A DNA stretch of 64,000 nt, taken from positions 6,076,001 through 6,140,000 of the forward strand of contig CDPCPM010000074.1 in assembly GCA_976551045.1 (NCBI GenBank), read 5' to 3'. Position numbers and translations under genes: made by a program. This document shows, piece after piece, positions 60,345 to 64,000 of the stretch; within the stretch, counting starts at the first letter, position 1; each line of letters opens with the position of its first letter. The DNA is from Glaucostegus cemiculus. Lineage: Eukaryota. The notes beneath the pieces are model-generated. The model made no database searches. It saw only the letters and a list, made by a program, of their open reading frames with translations, and had not been told where the DNA came from.

Positions 60345-61015
60345 ACACAATTTCAGTGTGTTTGCATCCTCAGGATATGTCAAAGAACTTCATATTCAAT
60401 GTGCTACAGTTTAGAACATAGAGCACTATGGCACAGTACTGGCTCTTCAGCCCACAATGTTGTGCTGACATTTTATCCTGCTCTAAGATCTATCTAACCT
60501 TTCCCTCCCACATATCCCTCCCCCATTTCTCTATTATTCATGTGTCTAAGAGTCTCTTAAATATCCTTAATGTACCTGCCCCCACAATCTCTGCCAGCAG
60601 TGCATTCCATGCACCCACCACTCTCTGTGTAAAAATACTTACCTCTGACATCCCCCCTATGCTTTCCTCCAATCACCTTAAATTTATACCTCCTGTTAGC
60701 CATCTTTGCCCTGGGAAAAAGTCTCTGAATGTCTACTCAATCTATGCCTTTTATCATCTTGTACACCTTTATCAAGTCACCTCTCATCATCAGTTTGGTA
60801 TTACTGAAGTCCAACCAAATGTAGGAAATAAATGAGGACTAGATTTGTTTTTTTAACAATATTATTAAGGAATTGTGCTTTGCCCAGGACAATGCCTCAA
60901 CTGTTCTTCAAAAAGCACTGAAACCCATCAACCTGAGAAGGCAGAAGAGTTTAACTGCAGTTTCATTTCTCCCTTTGGAGGGAGGGGCAGTCCCTCCAAC
61001 AGTGCAGCACTCCTC
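60345..61015 (-). mobile_element. Deu-domain SINE interrupted by a CR1 insertion
   Basis: CCTCAGGATATGTCAAAG..[CR1]..AATGTAGGAAA..CCAGGACA..TTCTTCAAAA..ACCTGAGAAGGCAGA..CTCCAACAGTGCAGCACTCC. Confidence 0.65.
60413..60790 (-). mobile_element. CR1-clade 3' end with candidate target-site duplication CAGTTT
   Basis: AGAACATAG tail; minus strand MRGDLIKVYKMIKGID; CAGTTT at 60407-60412 and 60791-60796. Confidence 0.88.
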
Positions 61016-61482
61016 GGGAACCAAGCATACGTCCCTGCAAGCTTCTGCCCCAGAAACAACAATCTTACCAGTTATCTGAAGGTAATGCTATTTTTTATTT
61101 GTTCTTGGGATATAAACATAGCTAGCAAGGCCAGCATATAACGTCCATCACTAATTGTCCTTCAGCTGAGGAAGCAGTTAAGAGTCAATCACATTGGTGG
61201 GTCTGGACTGTCACTTAATCTATATCGAAAAAGTCATAACCAATATGAAAGAAATAATTGAGAGATCAGTAAATCAACTTTAAGATATGTTTTTACCTGG
61301 TCTCTCATCTATACCTGACATTTTCCAGTTTTCACATTTTAACAAACAAAATGGTGGTGAAGTGAAGGGGATTGATTTTGGTGTTTGTACTTCAAAAAGG
61401 TTGTCCGAAATGTTTCCATCTCAAATGTTTTGAAATGTTTCAATAGGTTAGCAATTGGGAAGTACACAGATTTGATTTATTT

Positions 61483-61770
61483 GGAGAATGGTAGCATAGT
61501 GGTTTACAGCGCCAGCAACCCGGGTTCAAATCCGGCCACTGTCTGTAAGGAGTTTGTATGTTCTCCCCGTGTCTGTGTGAGTTTCCTCCGGGTGCTCCGG
61601 TTTCCTCCCACTCTCCAAAGACTAACAGGTTAGGAAGTTATGGGCATGTTATGTTGGCGCCGGAAGTGTGGTGACACTTGCGGGCTGCCCCCCAAAATCA
61701 GTAGGCAAAAGATGTATTTCACTGTGTGTTTCGATGCGCATGACTAATAAAGATCTTATCTTTATCTTAT
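61483..61770 (+). mobile_element. V-SINE subfamily with Rex1/Babar-like tail
   Basis: GGTTCAAATCC B box, TTTCCTCCGGGTGCTCCGGTTTCCTCCCAC core; tail TTTCACTGTGTGTTTCGATGCGCATGACTAATAAAGATCTTATC. Confidence 0.9.
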
Positions 61771-61856
61771 GTTATAATCACACGTTTTATATATACATAT
61801 GCAAATCAATAATGTACTCAGTGTTACTCTGTTTAATGATCCCACTTTCCTCTCCA

Positions 61857-62637
61857 TCTCAGAATCAGAATCAGAATCAGTTTTATTGTCACAACCATAT
61901 ACATACATAGTATGCATAGGAACAAGATACCGTCCTCCTCAGGTGCTCGTCCCATTAAATAACAAACAGCAGAGACACACGGACACACAGAACAAAAAAA
62001 ACATTAAAAACTACGAAAGTTTAAATTAAATTAAATATGGCAGGTTAAATTAAATACGGCCGGTAATTAAATAAATAGTTATTAAAGTGAACAGGCTGGT
62101 GGCGGGCATTTAAAGTGCTGGTGCATTTCTGTGCACCTAGCATCCCTTAGTGTTAACAAGGAAGATGGAGGAATGAGAGAGTTTGCAGTTCTGGTGGCTT
62201 GCGGAAAGAAGCTATTGCTCAGCCTGGTCGTTCTCGCCCTGATACATTTGAGCCTCCTTCCAGATGGCAAAATTGTAAAGAGATGATGGGAGGGGTGTGA
62301 AGGATCCGCCATTATATTTTTGGTCTCCCTAACACAATGGTCCTTGTATATGTCTGCGAGGGATGGAAGAGAAACACCTATGATCCTCTCTGCAGCCTTA
62401 ACTATCCTCTGGAGGGACTTCTGCCCAGCAGCTGAGCAGCTTCCAAACTAAACAGTGATACATTGGGTTAAGATGCTCTCAATGGTCCCTCTATAGAAAG
62501 TTTTCATAACTGAGGGATGGGAGTTCGCTTTCCTCAGTCTCCGCAAGAAGTAGAGGCGTTTCTGGGCTTTCTTCGTGAGGGCCGTGATGTTAGTGGACCA
62601 GGTCAGGTCATCGGTGATGTGCACCCCCAGGAACTAG
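61857..62637 (-). mobile_element. Young Rex1/Babar-type LINE, 5'-truncated, distinct subfamily
   Basis: Minus strand FLGVHITDDLTWSTNITALTKKAQKRLYFLRRLRKA..FYRGTIESILT (DUF1891-like) through DPSHPSHHLF..RLSNSFFPQA, with one stop at 62448-62450; (CTGATT)n tail. Confidence 0.93.
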
Positions 62638-63165
62638 GCTCTTTGGCTTCCTACATTGTTCTAATGGAGCTCAAGGAAGAGCACCTCATCTTCAGAGTTG
62701 GAACATTGCAGCCTACAGAAACTCGACATGGAAAAGAACAACTTCAGATAATCGGCCATTCAAGGCTTGTATCTCACATTTACAGAACTCAGTTTGTTTT
62801 TCACTTTTGCTCTCCTTCCTTAATTTCAGATTTCATTCATTTCCTCTGATTTACACATCTTCCAGGCTTAGCTATTGCTACATTGTTATTCACTAGACTT
62901 TACTACTCTCTTCCACCCAGTACCACCACCACCCGAACCCTTCAGCCCCCTGCTGATCTCCATCCTATCACAAACATTCCCTTTGCTCCTTCTCCAATTC
63001 TCTGCCACTTTTAATTTGTTTCATTTATAATTTCACAGTTCTGCTGAAAATTCATCAACCAAAATCATTAGCTCTGGTTCTCCTCCCACATTCACTACCT
63101 GACCTGCTGAGTACTGCCTGCATTTTCTGTCATTCTATATTTCAGATTTTCAACATCTGCAGCAC
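62638..63165 (+). mobile_element. Penelope-like element 3' part
   Basis: FGFLHCSN..LKEEHLIFRVGTLQP (ORF 62517-62849); terminal repeat AGTTCTGCTGA..CCTGACCTGCTGAGT..TTTCAGATTTTCAACATCTGCAG. Confidence 0.82.
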
Positions 63166-63242
63166 TTTCTGTTGGATATAATTAATAACTAATATGCCTA
63201 ACAACCCCCATCTACTAATCTCATCTGCTTTGCACAAATCAG

Positions 63243-63432
63243 GACACAAGAGAGAGCAGATGCTAGAATCTAAAGCAACAAACAATCTGCTGGAGGAACT
63301 CAATGGGAAGAGAATTATCCTGATGCAGGACTTTGGACTTGAAACATTGCCAGTTCCTTCCACCAACCCCACCTCCCCCAAACAGATATTGCTCGATCTG
63401 TGGAATTTCTCCAGCAGGTCGTTTGTTGCTTT
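63243..63432. repeat. Fold-back PLE terminal repeat retaining a hammerhead remnant
   Basis: AAAGCAACAAACAATCTGCTGGAG / CTCCAGCAGGTCGTTTGTTGCTTT arms; centre CTGATGC-AGG..ACTT-GAAACATT at 63320-63348. Confidence 0.78.
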
Positions 63433-64000
63433 GTACGCATCTCTGATTCAAAATGATGCACTGAATTCTTATTTTTCTTTCAACAATATAATGTCTCAAT
63501 CCTTGATACTCCATCATTATGTAAAGATTAAAAATATGTTATGAATCTAAGACAGCATGTATAAATTCCCACATACAGAATATTGTGGTTGATGTTATTG
63601 ATAGAACCTGGACATGTAAACTAAAAAGCACAAATATAATAAAATATCCAGATTCTAAGGAGACAAAGGCTACTTTTGAGATCTCTGTAAAGCCACTGAA
63701 ATTAAAGAATGCAACATTAAATTCTGAATCATAGCACATTTACATAAAAATGGTCACTTAAGTCAGTTAGGAAAGAGCTCTTAAGAGTCATAGAGTCATA
63801 TTGCTGTGGAAGCTACTATCTTCAGGAAGGAAGATATAAAGTAAGAAAATTACGGAAAAAATTTGATGTAGTTGGGAATATTTCTTTCCACTGGTGAGGG
63901 AAAAAGTAACGTATTTACCGATAACAACACTTTCAGCAAATCCACAGCTGTAACTGCAGGATCACATCAGTGACACCTGTGTATTTAAAATTTTAATGAA

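Noticed and set aside
1-64000. Most ORF-track entries as host genes
   Set aside because: They are short, often start at non-ATG codons, and either map to CR1, Rex, L2, PLE or SINE relics or lack splice and homology support

Overview
AT-rich, CpG-depleted eukaryotic non-coding DNA. The repeat spectrum points to a cartilaginous fish (inference): CR1/HER1-like LINE 3' ends, HE1/V-SINE-like tRNA-derived SINEs, Deu-domain SINEs, Rex1/Babar, L2 and Tx1 LINE fragments, and Penelope-like elements (PLE). No recognisable host protein-coding gene, rRNA, tRNA gene or CRISPR array is present. Most ORF-track entries are retroelement relics or chance ORFs. The window looks like a large intron or gene desert, with several repeat-free blocks that may be regulatory. 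Best leads: (1) a minimal hammerhead ribozyme consensus that can be rebuilt from several decayed PLE terminal repeats, plus fold-back copies centred on it; (2) a near-perfect 81-bp inverted repeat within an inverted/direct triplication at 60.1-61.1 kb; (3) SINEs sharing one head but carrying either a CR1-type or a Rex1/Babar-type tail; (4) an orphan, fully open 363-bp phase 1-1 exon candidate at 44448-44810. Repeat boundaries were set by eye and are approximate (tens of bp). Family names come from motif recognition, not database searches.
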